A stretch of DNA of 64,000 nt from the human T2T-CHM13v2.0 reference genome, Homo sapiens, in the NCBI RefSeq assembly GCF_009914755.1, contig NC_060940.1, one strand, 5' to 3'. This document shows positions 1 to 13,499 of the stretch, piece by piece (within the stretch, counting starts at the first letter, position 1; each line of letters starts with the position of its first letter). Made by a program: the position numbers and the translations under genes. A model generated the notes under the pieces. The model ran no database searches and had not been told where the DNA came from. It saw nothing but the letters and a program-made list of their open reading frames with translations.

Positions 1-150
1 ATCAACTGTGACAAATCCCTCTAGTGGGGGATGTGGATAATGGGGGAGCCTGTGCATGTGTGGGGGCAGGGGCATATAGATATTCTCTGTACCTTCCTCT
101 CAGTTTTGCTATGAACCTAAAACAGTTCTAAAAAAATGAAGTCTTAAAAG
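1..150 (+). mobile_element. Old L1 (L1MC/L1MD-type) 3' end, cut by window edge
   Basis: GTGGGGGATGTGGATAATGGGGGAG...CTCTGTACCTTCC...TTTTGCTATGAACCTAAAAC resembles the old L1M 3' terminus; ends in an A-rich tail. Confidence 0.65.
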
Positions 151-349
151 AGAAAAAAGATCTCTTTTGGCAGCTGTGTGGGGGATAGGCTGCAGGGGAG
201 CGAGGGTGACAGCAGGGGGCCCAGGTGCCCTATCACTGTTCATTAATTAATATTGAACACTGAGGAGAGACTTGCCTGCAGCAATGGCCAGTGATAAAAA
301 GACACTTCTTGGTGGGGCTCCCTGAGCCCTGGGCTTGCTTCTCTCCAAG

Positions 350-490
350 CTCTAATCACACTGTGCTATAATTATCTGCTTACTAGTCTGTATCCCCTCA
401 GAACAGAGTTCCCTGGATGTAATGCCTCAGTCTTACTCAACACCATAGCTTCCCCCTCACCCCTGTGCCCAGAATAGTGTCTGGCAGAAC
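350..490 (+). mobile_element. L2 3'-end fragment
   Basis: Degenerate match to the L2 3' end (CTGTATCCCC...CCCAGAATAGTGTCTGGCA). Confidence 0.5.
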
Positions 491-1064
491 TTCACAAATG
501 CCAGTGGTTCCCTGGTTGTTGGTGCAACCAACGTCAGGACCATAAGAGCAGGCTGTGATTACAGCTGGAAGGATGTAAGTTAGATGACACGCAGCCTTTC
601 CAACGTCATGGAATATGTTGACGGCTCAAATACAATGTGCCTGAAGATTAGAGGTGACAACACAACTTGTCACCTGAATTGGTATACTTTTTTTAGGGAC
701 AAAGTCCAAACCAAATGGGACACCAAGGCAAGAGGTGCACACTGGGACTGTCTTGGGCAAGCCAGGATGGTGATGACCCCTCCGAAGACTCACCATTGTT
801 TTCCCCTCTTTAAACCAGTTTTCTGGTTTGAAATATTAATAATTATGTTAATGGCACCACCAAGCTTCCACTGCTGACCCTTTGATTCCACACTCAGGCT
901 CAAAATTTGCATCTTTTCTTACTGCCTCCACCAATCACTTGGCAGGGTCTGTGCACCTTGCCAGGCTGATATCCCTCCTTCCTATTTCAGTGCTACTCTC
1001 ATTGGGTCCTCTACTGCCTTCCTCTTAAACAACCACAGCCACAACTAACAGTGTGATTCACAGA

Positions 1065-1465
1065 TGTGATGTTAATCTTATGTGTCAACCTGACTGGGTC
1101 ACAGAGTGCCTAGATATTTGGTCCAATGTTATTCTGGGTGTGTCTGCAAGGGTGTTTCTGGGTGAGATCAACCTTTGAGTCTGTAGACTGAGTCAAGACG
1201 ATTGTTCTTGCTAATGTGGGTAGTCCTTATGCATCAGCTGAAGACCTGAACAGAACAAAAAACTGACTATTGCAAGTAAGAGGAAACTCCGCCTGCCTGA
1301 GTGCCTTTGAGGGGGATATTGGTTTGTTTCTGGCCCTTAGATTTGAACAGAAATGGCTCTTCCTGGGTCACAGGCATGCTGGTCTTTGAACTGGAACTCC
1401 AGCACTGGCTCTCCTGGGCCCTCAGCTTGCCGACTGCTCTTGGTTCTGTTTCTCTGACTAATACA
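1065..1465 (+). mobile_element. MLT2 (ERVL) solo LTR
   Basis: Begins TGTGATGTTAATCTTATGTGTCAACCTGACTGGG and ends GGTTCTGTTTCTCTGACTAATACA; flanks ACAGA/ACAGC resemble a 5-bp TSD. Confidence 0.85.
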
Positions 1466-1620
1466 ACAGCTACATCCCAGTACCTAGCACAATACTTGGC
1501 ACTACGCATTTGATTCATACATGCTTAATGTGGGACCAGATTTAGATGTTTCTGAATCCCTGAGCCTTCAAAATATAATGAATTCCTCAACTGTCTATAT
1601 ATAATTCAAAATAAAAACAA

Positions 1621-1775
1621 TATGGCAAGTGCCTGTAGCCCAAGCTACTCAGGAAGCTGACGCAGGAGGATCACTTGAGCCGAGGAGCTCAAGGTTGCAG
1701 CAAGCTATAATCGCACCACTGCACTCTAGCCGGGTGACAGAGCGAGACTATGTCTCAAAATAAATAAATAAATAC
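1621..1775 (+). mobile_element. Alu right monomer (FRAM/AluJ-type)
   Basis: GCCTGTAGCCCAAGCTACTCAGGAAGCTGA...GAGACTATGTCTC plus (AAAT)n tail. Confidence 0.85.
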
Positions 1776-2959
1776 AATAGTAAAACACAAAATGTATATG
1801 CATGTTAATTTTCTTTATTATTTGTAGATTTTTGGATTTAACAATTCCGTGAAAGTCTATTGAAACTGAACCTCGAGGGAAGAAAAGTTCTCCTACTTTG
1901 CTCATGCCTTAAGCATAAGTTTAGTCTACAATTGGGCAATCCCACAAGAATAAATATAAGAATGAATGAATGAGCATACAAATGTCTCAGGTAATAAAGA
2001 GAAATTGACCTGTAAATTACCCTTTATTATTCTTTTGCCTCTCTTCATTTCAGCATTGGCCTCTTTCCAGGGGAAACCTTTGTCTTTTTTGTGGGTAGTG
2101 GTTACTTGAAATTTGCAAATTTGCCTTTTAATTTCTGTGATGCAGCAGTTTAAACTAATTAGCTTCTGGATAGGATTCCTTCCCAGCTCTCCATCTGACC
2201 CTGACACTCGAGCTTGCAGCTGAAGCCCTCTCTGGGGTTCAATACAGATCTGTTCACGTGGCAACTTCGCTGCTGAGGAGAATGGGCCCAGCAATGCCCA
2301 TGTGCTTTTCCAAGACACTTGGAAACTGCAAAGAGTGGGTTCCCTGCTTCCTGCTTCAAATCTTGCTTCTGGCTCTGCCATCTCCTTGTTCTAGCTCAGC
2401 CTTTGTTCCTCCAGCAGAGCCACAAAAAGGCCATTCTCTAGGAAGTGATCTCTCACTCCCACGGTGGAGCCACGATTTCTGTACCACAACCTTAGGCAGT
2501 CTGCCTCAATAGTGGACCAGCCCACTCAGGACCAGCCTGCAATCTGTCGACTTTCCTTTAAGGGCTGACGTGGGCACTTGTGTTTATCTGTGCCCTTTGG
2601 GGGCATTCATAATCATGCATGACAGAAACTCCTGGGTCACTCAGACATTGTTGGCTGTTAAAAAAAAAATGAATGAAATAAAGCCCAGCCTAAACCTCTG
2701 CCTTTTGCATTAGCTCCAAGAAAGGCAAAAGAGGAACTCCTTCTAGTCATGCTGTTGTGCACAACACCGAGGCTGTGGAGTGGGTGAGGTTTCCCCAGGT
2801 GATTTTGATGCTTGTATTTGAGTTCTTTCCTAGGATGGTCCGAGTACTTACAGTGAGTCGGGTACTCCTTGTAGCCATTTGACCTTAGCCTCTTTGCAAG
2901 ATAGAACATATGGGCCACTGGTTTGGAGCCCCTCTTACAAGACTGTCCTGCCTCAAAGT

Positions 2960-3304
<345 letters not shown>

Positions 3305-4074
3305 GGGCTTGGCTCCCAGTAAGAACTCAATACACCTAATCTCCTAGTCTCCAATTTTACCCTTAAGGATCAAGGAGGAGGCTCAGGGAAGGCAGGCCAG
3401 TTTCCCAAGGTCACAGTGCTAGGAAGTGAAAGAATCCACATTCAATCCCAGGCCTGTCTGACTTCAGAAGCCAAGCTCATAACTGCTGCTACTCCACGGT
3501 TCAAAAAATACAAAGGAGTGCTGCTGTGGGTAATTCCAGGTCTACTAGATCAAAAGAGAATGACAGATCTAACATGTCACAGCATTAGACTTGTCTGATG
3601 GGACATTTTCTACGTGACTGCTTGCCGGAACCTAATATTCTTTTAAGAGTTTGTCCCTGGATTTTAAAATGTCTCTCTCCAGGTGCTTTTGTTTGTTTTT
3701 TTTTGCACTGTGTGGGACTTAAACCTCATATTTCAACCTGCTGTTCTTTTTCAATATAAAGTTATACATCACATGTTTCCAAAACCTCATTCACCTGGAA
3801 TCACACACATGTTAGGGCTGGAAGAGACTCAGTCCCACCACCCTTAATTCAAGCATGAGGAGACTGAACCCAGAGAAGACAAAGGACTTGTTTGAGGTCA
3901 CCCAGCCTCGTAACAGGCAGGGCTGGGGCTAGAACCCAGGATAAGGGTCTGAGTTCACGTGGACTCTCAGTCCTGGGACACCAAGCCACACTTGTCACCT
4001 AATTTCATCCAGAAGTTCCCCTGCAGAGCCTGAGGTCACCAGGGATGACAAAGAGAGACAGCCAGGTTTTTCTT

Positions 4075-4500
4075 CCAGTCAATTATTGCCACAATAATGC
4101 CGAGTAACCAGAAACAACCATAACCTGTCAGAGACATCTCACAAGAAGAATATACTTCCCATGTGACTGGCGGGCAGGCGGGGATTTGCTGGTCTTGCTA
4201 GGCTTGTTGGGGCAGCCCTGCTTCGAGCCACTGGTCGGGCTCAGATCTGCTGCTCATGTGCTTATTCTGGGCTCACAACAAAGGGGCAGTGACTTCCGGG
4301 GGAAGCCTGATCATGGCAAAAGTGTGACAGAGCCAAGGGCAGACACTGAAGACTGGCTTACAATGGCTCACTGCACCCTTATCCCATCCCACTGGCTAAA
4401 GCAAGCCACAGGATGAAGGCCAATGTCAAGGGCTGGTGCATTACACCTAAAACAGGAGAAGCTAAAACATCACAAAGGGCATGGGTATAGAGGGGCTGAG
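4075..4500 (-). mobile_element. Old MaLR LTR (MLT1H/I/J-like)
   Basis: Degenerate MLT1 motifs, e.g. CCCACTGGCTAAAGCAAGCCACA and GGGCTCAGATCTGCT. Confidence 0.55.
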
Positions 4501-4776
4501 GCATTGGGGCCAAGAATTCAATCACAGTGTGCCAGGTCACAGAGTCAAGGTGGCAGGTATATGACAGGGTGAAGGTTACTACAATATCATGCAATCTGGT
4601 TACCGCACCATTTCAACTTCAGGATCTACTCGGTGTGGAGGGGCTGTGGCGGGGGGAGCAGGGAGAGAAACTGGGAGATCCAGCTTCCATTTCAGCAGTG
4701 CTATTGGTTGTGTGACCCTGGGCAATTTTTTTCCCCTTTTGGTCTGGATTTTTGCCTTTAGAAAATGGGAGACATA

Positions 4777-5054
4777 TCACAAGGTCGGGAGATCGAGACC
4801 ATCTTGGCTAACATGGTGAAATCGTCTCTCTACTAAAAATACAAAAATTAGTGGGGTGTGGTGGCGGGCACCTGTAGTCCCAGCTACTCAGGAGGCTGAG
4901 GCAGGAGAATGGCATGAACCTGGGAGGCAGAGTTTGCAGTGAGCCGAGATCGTGCCACTGCACTCCAGCCTGGGCGATAGAGAGAGACTCCGTCTCCAAA
5001 AAAAACAACAACAACAACAAAAAAAAAAAAACAAAAAAAAAAAGAAAAGAAAAA
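4777..5054 (+). mobile_element. 5'-truncated AluY with 17-bp TSD, inserted in a MIR remnant
   Basis: AluY-type GAGACCATCTTGGCTAAC and GAGAATGGCATGAACC; TSD AGAAAATGGGAGACATA (4760-4776) / AGAAAATGGGAGATATA (5055-5071). Confidence 0.92.
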
Positions 5055-5364
5055 AGAAAATGGGAGATATAAATTGTTGCCATTAGCTCTGGGTTTCAGG
5101 GCGTAGAGAAGAAAACAGAAGGGGGCCCTTTTCTAGCTTGCATAAAGGGCCAGAGGTCCACTTCGAATGGTTTGGGAAGAATCATAACTAGATGTGGCCG
5201 GACAGGGCTTTTGTCCAAAAAACTCATTTGTTCACCGACAAGCACGTATTACATTTCTACTGTGTGCCAGACAATGCACAGGACACCAGGTGAAGTTCCA
5301 CAGAAACAGTTCTGAAAAGGAGAAACTGTCTTCCTTGGGTATGCAGTCAAGGACATGGTCAGTA

Positions 5365-5620
5365 ATTATAAGTGCTTACATGGCCCTACTATGCATCAGG
5401 TCCCCTTTGAGGCACTTTGCATGTATTAACCTCTTGAATCCTCATGACAACCCTGTAACACATATGTGTGTTACTCTTGTTTCCTTATTTTCCAGGTGGA
5501 GAATAAGGCACCAAGCATTAAAGTGATTTGCCTAAGGTCATCTAGCTAGAAAGTGACCAAACCTGAATCTGAATCCAGGCAAGTTGGTTTCAAAGTCTGT
5601 CCTTGAACTACTCCACCATT
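5365..5620 (-). mobile_element. MIR
   Basis: Reverse-strand MIR (AATCCTCATGACAACCCTGT...GTGATTTGCCTAAGGTCA). Confidence 0.7.
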
Positions 5621-6189
5621 CTACTTCTTAGAATGCCAATGTGGAATGAAAGTGTTGATGGCATATGAGGCTTACAGAGGAATGTGGCTACCTGTGGAGC
5701 GGTAGGTCTAGGCAGGCTTCCTATAGGGGCGACTCTAAGCTGTTATTTGAAGTAGAAGTCATCCAGGAGCAGTGAGTGGGAAGAAGGTACAAGGTGGAGG
5801 GAAGAGCATGAGCAAAGGCCTGGAGGTAAGGGAGGGCATGAGGCAATTGAGCAACTGAAGGTAGCTTTCAGGGGTGTGTCTGGGTGTGGGTCAGCACCAT
5901 CTCACACCCAGATCAAGTGCAGAGGGAAAAGGCACACCCTTCTCCATAGTCACAGGCTCAAGAACAATGTCTGGAAGGGACTGCAAGACCTGCTGATAGT
6001 TGTCCTTTGGATCAATGACAAAAAACATGAAGAAGCCTCAGTTCACTCAAAGCTGGAACCCAGCCCAGAAGTAAACTGGGAGCATCTGTCTCTGGCACCC
6101 CCTGCCTCCTCTTCATAGCAACCACCTCTTCCTCCTCTTCCAACCCAAGGGGAAGAAGAGTAAGGTGCTCATGACCTTGAGTTATGGAC

Positions 6190-6420
6190 TCTTGCAGCCC
6201 ACATCTCAGCTCTCCAGCTTTTTAGCTCTGTGACCTTGGGCACATTACTTAACCTCTGTTGGCCTCAGTTTTCTTGCATAAAATGAATACTATTATACTA
6301 ACAATAGTGCCTACTCCCTCAGGTCTTTTTGAGGACAAAATGGGGAAATACATATAAAGTGCTTTAAAGGCCTCCTGATATGCAGTAGGCACTCACCAAA
6401 GATTGGTCATTTTTAGTATT
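6190..6420 (+). mobile_element. MIR
   Basis: TGTGACCTTGGGCACATTACTTAACCTCTG...GCCTCAGTTTTC...AAAATG. Confidence 0.8.
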
Positions 6421-6641
6421 CCCAGGGCATCTGGGTTCCCTTTTTTACCCTGTTGACATGCCCACCTCACCCCATCCCAGCCAAGATCATCTGAAACACT
6501 AAGATGTTTGTGTCTGAAATAGTCCTTCTTCTAGAGTCATTTGTATAGAAAAGAATTTCAAGGAAAGAGGATATAAACCACCAAGGAACAACTTGCAAAT
6601 GGCAGCCAAAGCTAAAATGTTGAGGAGTTACTCTGGCTGGA

Positions 6642-6648
6642 TGTGTAT

Positions 6649-6692
<44 letters not shown>
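6642..6692. repeat. (TG)n microsatellite
   Basis: Direct reading. Confidence 0.97.
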
Positions 6693-6693
<1 letters not shown>

Positions 6694-6989
6694 GGAATGG
6701 AGTACACATGTCCATTTCCTTGCATCTCCAGAACTACAATATATGGGCACACATCTCCTCTGATTGAACATAAACTTGGCTCTTTCCAGAATGGTTAGAG
6801 GAAGTCTGGCCCTTCCGGACACGTGGTGAAATGTCCAAGAAACCAGAGTGAGGGAAAGACTGAGATCAGAAACAGCATTCTCCAGGGGTCTCCGCTTTAG
6901 GTGAAAGGAAGAGGTGGGCTGGTCCCTGCTACCTGGCTCCATCGAGAACCAGACATGCTTCATCATGTTTAGATGGACTCTGCTAATTC

Positions 6990-7122
6990 CAGCATTCTCA
7001 ACTGCTCAGGGGCTGATTAAGCAGAATCCCTCCTACCCCAGATCTGTGCCATCAGAATCTGCACTCTAACAAGATCCCTGGTGACTCACAGACATATCAC
7101 GGTTTGAGAAGTCCTGTTTTAG
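6990..7122. mobile_element. MER5-family (hAT-Charlie) fragment
   Basis: ATCAGAATCTGCACTCTAACAAGATCCCTGGTGACTC...GTTTGAGAAGTCCTG. Confidence 0.65.
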
Positions 7123-8309
7123 AAAGTTGAGCCAGGTAAAATGTGCCATGAGCACTTTAAGAGGAGTCAGTAAGTCAGGTGTGAGGTTGCAAGAAGTTTC
7201 AAGAAAGTGTCAGAGATAGGGGTTTAATGAATCAATGGAAGAAAACCAGAAACTCTATGGGGGTCTGTTTCTGGAATGAAGTGAATATGATGGATAGAGG
7301 CGAGAGGGCCAGTAGGCTGTGATGCAGCTTTTGCAGGGAAAGAGGTGTCTCTGAGATTCCCAGAAGCCTCACTGCCCAGCTGGCAATGCCAACCTCTGTG
7401 GCTCCTTACAAACCTCACTGGGCATAGAGGGTCTTCCTCAAGCAGCAAGGTGGGGCAAGCTTGAGAAATTGCACAGCGAAGATCCCCAGCGAGCTAGTCC
7501 AGGGCCACCCAGGGAGCCCTCAGCCCACAGATAAAGCCCGAAGTAGGAGAAAATTCAGCAGAAATTTACCTGCCTCTCCAGCACAAGAGACAGGAAGCCT
7601 GCTGGGCTGGTTTCTCTCTGCCACACATGCTACAGCCTCTCTGAGGTGGTTTCCACATCTAGTGATCATGCCCAGAATCCTTATGAAGCTCAAATGAGTA
7701 ATTTGACAGGAGCTATGAAAACTTTGAAAGCGTAGCCACCCCCACCCCACAATTGAACTTGCAGGAGGAGTCTGACCTTGTAGCCAAGAACACCACTCAC
7801 TGGAGTTGGCCTGGATGCTCATAAGCAGGGGACTCTGTGCATCGGTGACGGTTTATCGTGGTGCATCACCACAGAAAGCATCATTTATTCATTTGCACCA
7901 TGGAAAGACAGCCACGATAAATCAGAAGAGAACCCGGAGCAGAGCTCAGAAACAGCATTGTTGCGAAATAACTAGAATTTTTTAAGGATCTGAAAGGACA
8001 TGCACAGAACCAGGTGTTACTCTGGTTAGTGGGATTAGGACAGTGTTTCCACTTTTTAAAAAAAATTGCCCCTAAATTGCCCCACCCATGAAAATTTAAA
8101 ACCATAGCTATACTCTATATCTGTTAATATAGTGTATATGTATCTGTGCTTTATGCATATTTTTTTAAAGTTAGATTTTTTTTTGCCTGCTCCAAGAACC
8201 AATTTTCACCCCCTTGGCTGTGATATCACCTCTGTTGAGAATGCAGAGATGAGAAGGGACAAATGCCAGGCTTTTCCCTTATTACTATTATTTGCTTCTT
8301 GATATCTAA

Positions 8310-8550
8310 AAAAATAGTAGTGAATACTTATACAGCACTAAGCACATGCCACACACTACTCTAAGCACTCTACATATTTTTAATCATTTAAGCCTAACAA
8401 TAGCCATGAAGTTAGTGCTGTATTATCTCCATTTTATGGTTGACGAAGCTGAGGTCTAGAGACAGTAAGGAACTTGCCGCAAGTCACACAGCTAGTAAGT
8501 GAGAGAACCAAGATTCAAGCCATGGTAACCTGGGTTCAAAGTTGGTGTTT
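8310..8550 (-). mobile_element. MIR
   Basis: CTCCATTTTATGGTTGACGAAGCTGAGG...AACTTGCCGCAAGTCACACAGCTAGTAAGT. Confidence 0.8.
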
Positions 8551-9664
8551 AAATGAAATATGAGTGTATATTGCATTTGCAATTAAAAGTAATAAATAAA
8601 AGTTAGAATGAGGGTGGGTTCTCTGTCTGTTAAATGGGTTAATGCAGGTGAAAGTATTTTTAAAGCTTGGTTTGTAAACATAGAACTATATTCATTATTA
8701 TGATTAATGTATGAATACTACCACTACTATTACACTAATAAAATTAAGTCCAAATAAAACCAGAAATGAGTCACAGCCACACTTGAGGATTTAATATCAA
8801 GTCTAGGGGTGAGAGAATTTTGTGAATTTTGTGAATCCACAAAAATCCAGAGGCAGAATGAGAGCTCTCCTTTAATTAAGATGAATCAGAGCATGGGCAG
8901 TTGTGGGGAGGAACCTGGAGGCAAAATATTTAGGCAGCTGCAAAGCGTTCAGATGGCAGCCCCTGCTGCTGGAGCGGTTCCCAGCTCATGCCCTCCTCTG
9001 CTCAGCCCCCCAGGGTGTGCTGCAGCTGGACGGATCAACCCTCCACAGGGAGGAGTCACCCAGCTGGAGGGTGGGAAAGGGATCCCGAGGGTTCCATGCT
9101 TTGCCCATGCATAGAGTAGATACAAGTGAGGTTGCTCTTAGGAAATGAGGAAGGGGGTCCCAGAACCCTACCTGTTCTGCCACACCCTCCTCCCACCTCA
9201 TACATCATTCTTGAATCTTTGGGGTCCAAACAACACAGTTCAAAGACCACTCATCTAGTCAAAAACCTCATTTTACAGATGAGAAAACAGAGGCTCAGAG
9301 AGGGTATGTCAGTTGTCGAGGGCCACACAGCAAGTTGGCAATGAGGTTAGAACTGGAACCCTCCCTCCTGGCTCTCTGGTCACCAAGCCTAACTGCATAA
9401 TACAATACCTCCGGGTATTGAAAAGATGAGCTAGTTTTCCTCCTCTGGGCAACCTTGGTGGAAAGGAATATCCTTCAAGTTGTGTCAACATTATTTGCTC
9501 ACTCTAGGGGCTCTGACTACATAGCTGATTTTTTTTTAAGATCTTTAGCTGAATCGGTCTGACCTTGTTAGAACCCTTACTGGAATCTTTTCCCAGTGTC
9601 CTATTCACCAGTATTTCTTTTCATTGAGCTAACTTAGAATAACCTAGAACAAAACAGAAAATGA

Positions 9665-10013
<349 letters not shown>

Positions 10014-10609
10014 CAGTTTGGTATCTGTGAAGTTAAAACCACTAAACTAAGAATCTTACTAGGGATGGATTCAATGCCACTTGTTCATCTCTGAGGTCAC
10101 CCTCACAGGACACATTTGCCACTACAGCTCTGAAGCAATCTGCCCTTGATGAGACTCGTAGGTATCAGAGAACACCTGGCATTGCTATGGCAGCTATTGG
10201 TGTGCAGGTTCCTTCTCTCCCTTCCTGGGCCTGTGCTATTAATTGGCTGTGGTACTCTTCCCTGCGAGTCCGTGGCCCAACCTGAGAATCCTTCTCAACA
10301 CAGTGCCCTAAATAGCTGTTTTCATCTATCAGTGTTGGCCCTCCAGACAAAGTCCACTTGTTATTCTTGACCTTATCTAACACCTCCATTTTACAGATGG
10401 GGAAACAGAGCCCAGGGAAGCTAATTATACCAGTTGACCCCCAACTCCCCACAGATTAATAAAGTCCAACCATAGGACCCCCACGATTTTGTCCTCCTCT
10501 TACTTATTATTGACTTGTATGTCTTATGAGGGTTTAACTCAGACCCCTGTCACCCAGCTCTTGACTCTGCACTACTGATCCTGCCCTGAGCCTTGAAATT
10601 AGTATTTGA

Positions 10610-10980
10610 TTCTGCATAAGTTAGGCAAGCTGTAGTAGCAGACCCAAAACATGATGTTTCAAACACCACTGACCTTTACTTATCCTTATGAAACAGGCAG
10701 ATGTTTCTAATCAGTGGCCACTTCCCTCCATGTGGTGATTCAGGAACCTCATCTCTTTCAGTTGTGTGGCTCCTCCATCTCCTTGGGTCTTGTCATCTGC
10801 CTGCAGCCAGAGGAAAGGGGGAGAGAGCATGGAAGGACATACTATTTCCACACATCCTTGGCCAAAAATACTACACTCAACTTCTACTTTCATTCCATTG
10901 ACGAGAGTCAGTCACAAAGCCAGAGCTAACAGTAGGGGATGTGGAGGAATGGGGCCCAATTCTGTGACCAGGAAGAAACA
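10610..10980 (-). mobile_element. Old MaLR LTR (MLT1K/L-like)
   Basis: Degenerate MLT1 motifs (GTGATTCAGGAACC..., CATTCCATTGACGAGAGTCAGTCAC). Confidence 0.5.
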
Positions 10981-10984
10981 GAAG

Positions 10985-11070
10985 GAATGGGAGAGAGGAG
11001 GAAGAAGGTGAAGGAGGAAGAGAGGAGGAGGAGGATGGGGAGAAGAAGATGAAAGAGAAGAAGAAGAAAA
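10985..11070. repeat. Purine-rich (GAA/GGA)n low-complexity tract
   Basis: Direct reading. Confidence 0.85.
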
Positions 11071-13499
11071 GTGGACGGGGACTTTTAAATAGAAAACAAT
11101 CTCCACCACAGATGATTAGCAACCCCTAATGAGTTCATTTGACTCACTTTTTTTTTTTAGTTGGACACGCCATTCTTGGTTCTAAGTCTCAGAACTGACT
11201 CAATCTTCTATCTTTTTTCCTAATTGGACACTCCATTCCTGGTTCCAGTTCTTAGAACCTAATCTGAACTACCAAACCAATGTCCGCCCACAACTTAGAG
11301 TGACTTGCCCAAGTTCACACAACAAGATGGGACAGAATCATGACCCCAGGACGATTATGCTTCAAAGATTAATTGAATAAACCTGTTTTTAGCAGTAGTA
11401 TCTCTAACACTTAGAATATTATAAATAAGGTACAACAACAGCCTGTATTTACATGAGGGAAGAAAAGCCTTTTTATTTTTCCTAATTTTCTTATTACATT
11501 TAAATCTGTTTCCCACAGCCATTCAGTCTTTGGGTCTACTCAGGAAGTCTCATTTGTAAAAGGAAAAACAAAGATGAAAACTGGAGAAAGAAGAAAAGCC
11601 CAGGTCCAATACTTAGCAGGTCCTCAGTAAAAGTGTATTTATTAATTTGAATTGAGCTGTGCTTGCATCAGTGTAGGACCTGTGACCAGGAGCAAAATAA
11701 AGAAGCAAAACTACTGGTGAGTTTTCATTTTTCTTCGTATTTAAAACGTTTTTGTTTTTCTTATTTCTAAAGCCATATTCTTCGGATTTAGAAAATTTAG
11801 AAAATATATAAACATAAGAACGAACATTAAACTCTCTCATTACTCACCACCCAGGAATGGCCACTTTTAACGTATTGGTGGGCATTCAGCCATATTTTAT
11901 ACACATAATACTTAATAAAAACAGGGTTTAGGGCTTTTAAGAGATTTTGCATAATTAAGCAAAAGTGACTGAGTCCCACCCTGCTTCTTGGGAACCCACT
12001 GATGTTTTGCAAGCTATGCTTGATGAAATCTTCGAGCACCAGGGCAAACTCGTGACCTACATATATTCTTAATATGCTAATTTTTGTTTTGGTTTCTGAA
12101 CAAAACTAGTCTTTTAAAGAAAAATTTAACAGATTTGAAACCAGAAACCCTGTCCTCCCTGGAGGCATTAAAAAATGCAAACTGAAGGCTTCCCGTGTGT
12201 GGAGGCTATTACTGATTTCCTTCCAAAAACAGGAGAAGTGTTGCCCTGGCTGTAACGCTTGAGGTCCCAGAGCCAGAAACTGTTTGCTTTCTGCGCACTC
12301 ATTAACCATGGTGTGGGATCCAATGACTGCTCTAATTTCCTACTTTAAATGTTTTTCTTTCCCCCCACTTTTCAAAAATGTCTTTTTATGTTGTACATTT
12401 ACATACGCATATTCAGCCACTTAACGCTGATAGGCTGGTCGCTGTCAGACACAATAAAAAGAGACAGAAACCACTGCGAATTACAGTAGCATTAGTGTTG
12501 AAAATGGAAATTTAATTTCCAGAAATGAACCTCAGCAATAAAAGCTCCCTTTGTTGCTGCTCAGATCAGAAATGAATCGGGTCTGAAAGGAAGCTAACGT
12601 GCAATTAAAAACATCTCAAAGAGGTATTTGTTATGTGTGAGAACAGATGCCTTGTAATGGTGTTTGAAACACAGGGGCCCTCAGTAAATGTTTCTGATGA
12701 GTATGAAGATAATAGTAATGCCTTACATGTGTATAGTCCTTTTTGGTTTACAAAGCACTTTTCGTTTCAGGTCTTATTTGGATTCTCACAGGGAGCCTGG
12801 GAGAACCTCAATGCAGGTGTGGAAACTGAGGCTGGAAGAGAGGAAGTCACACAGTCTCCCCAAGGTGACCTGGAAAAACTAGAACTAGAATGAGGCCTTT
12901 ATACTTCAAACGACACTTGAAATGATGAAAATATCTCAAGCTTCCAACCAGCACTCTGGAGTACCATGTTCACCGACACCGTGGGGTGATGAAGCCATGT
13001 TTTGAAATATTGTCCCGAGCCTCCTTGGTCAGTATTTCCTGCCAGCCCTGCTCTTCCTCACACTCTGACAGCAGTGACTGGCATTTTAGGTGACTGCCTT
13101 CAGGGTTCAGAAGGGAAAGAGAAAGAAAACATTTTCAAACTCTGAGTTTCGAAATGGATGTTGCAAACTCAAGGCAAAAGCAATAGTTTGAGGGGAATGG
13201 TTCTTGAGCCTCCAAAACCTGAAGTTTCGTGGCTTGAATATTAAAAGGTGCAGCCCTAAATGTCATGAACGAGAGGTTTAAAAGCAAACAAGATCAGCCA
13301 GGGCCATCCCCCAGTCCAGTGCAAGTTAAGACCTTAGGGGTAGCTACAGAACCCCCAGAGAAGGGAAGGATCCCAGAGAAGAATCTCTGTGGCTCTGTTC
13401 CTGGGTTGATACCAGAGAGGCAGCAAGCCACTTATTGTTTTCTGGGGGAAATACGAATTGAATAAATTTATCCTAAGTTGACTAACTGTTGCCACCACA

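Noticed and set aside
4808-5083. Alu-antisense ORFs (also 21662-21856 and 63090-63699)
   Set aside because: Well-known spurious Alu translations
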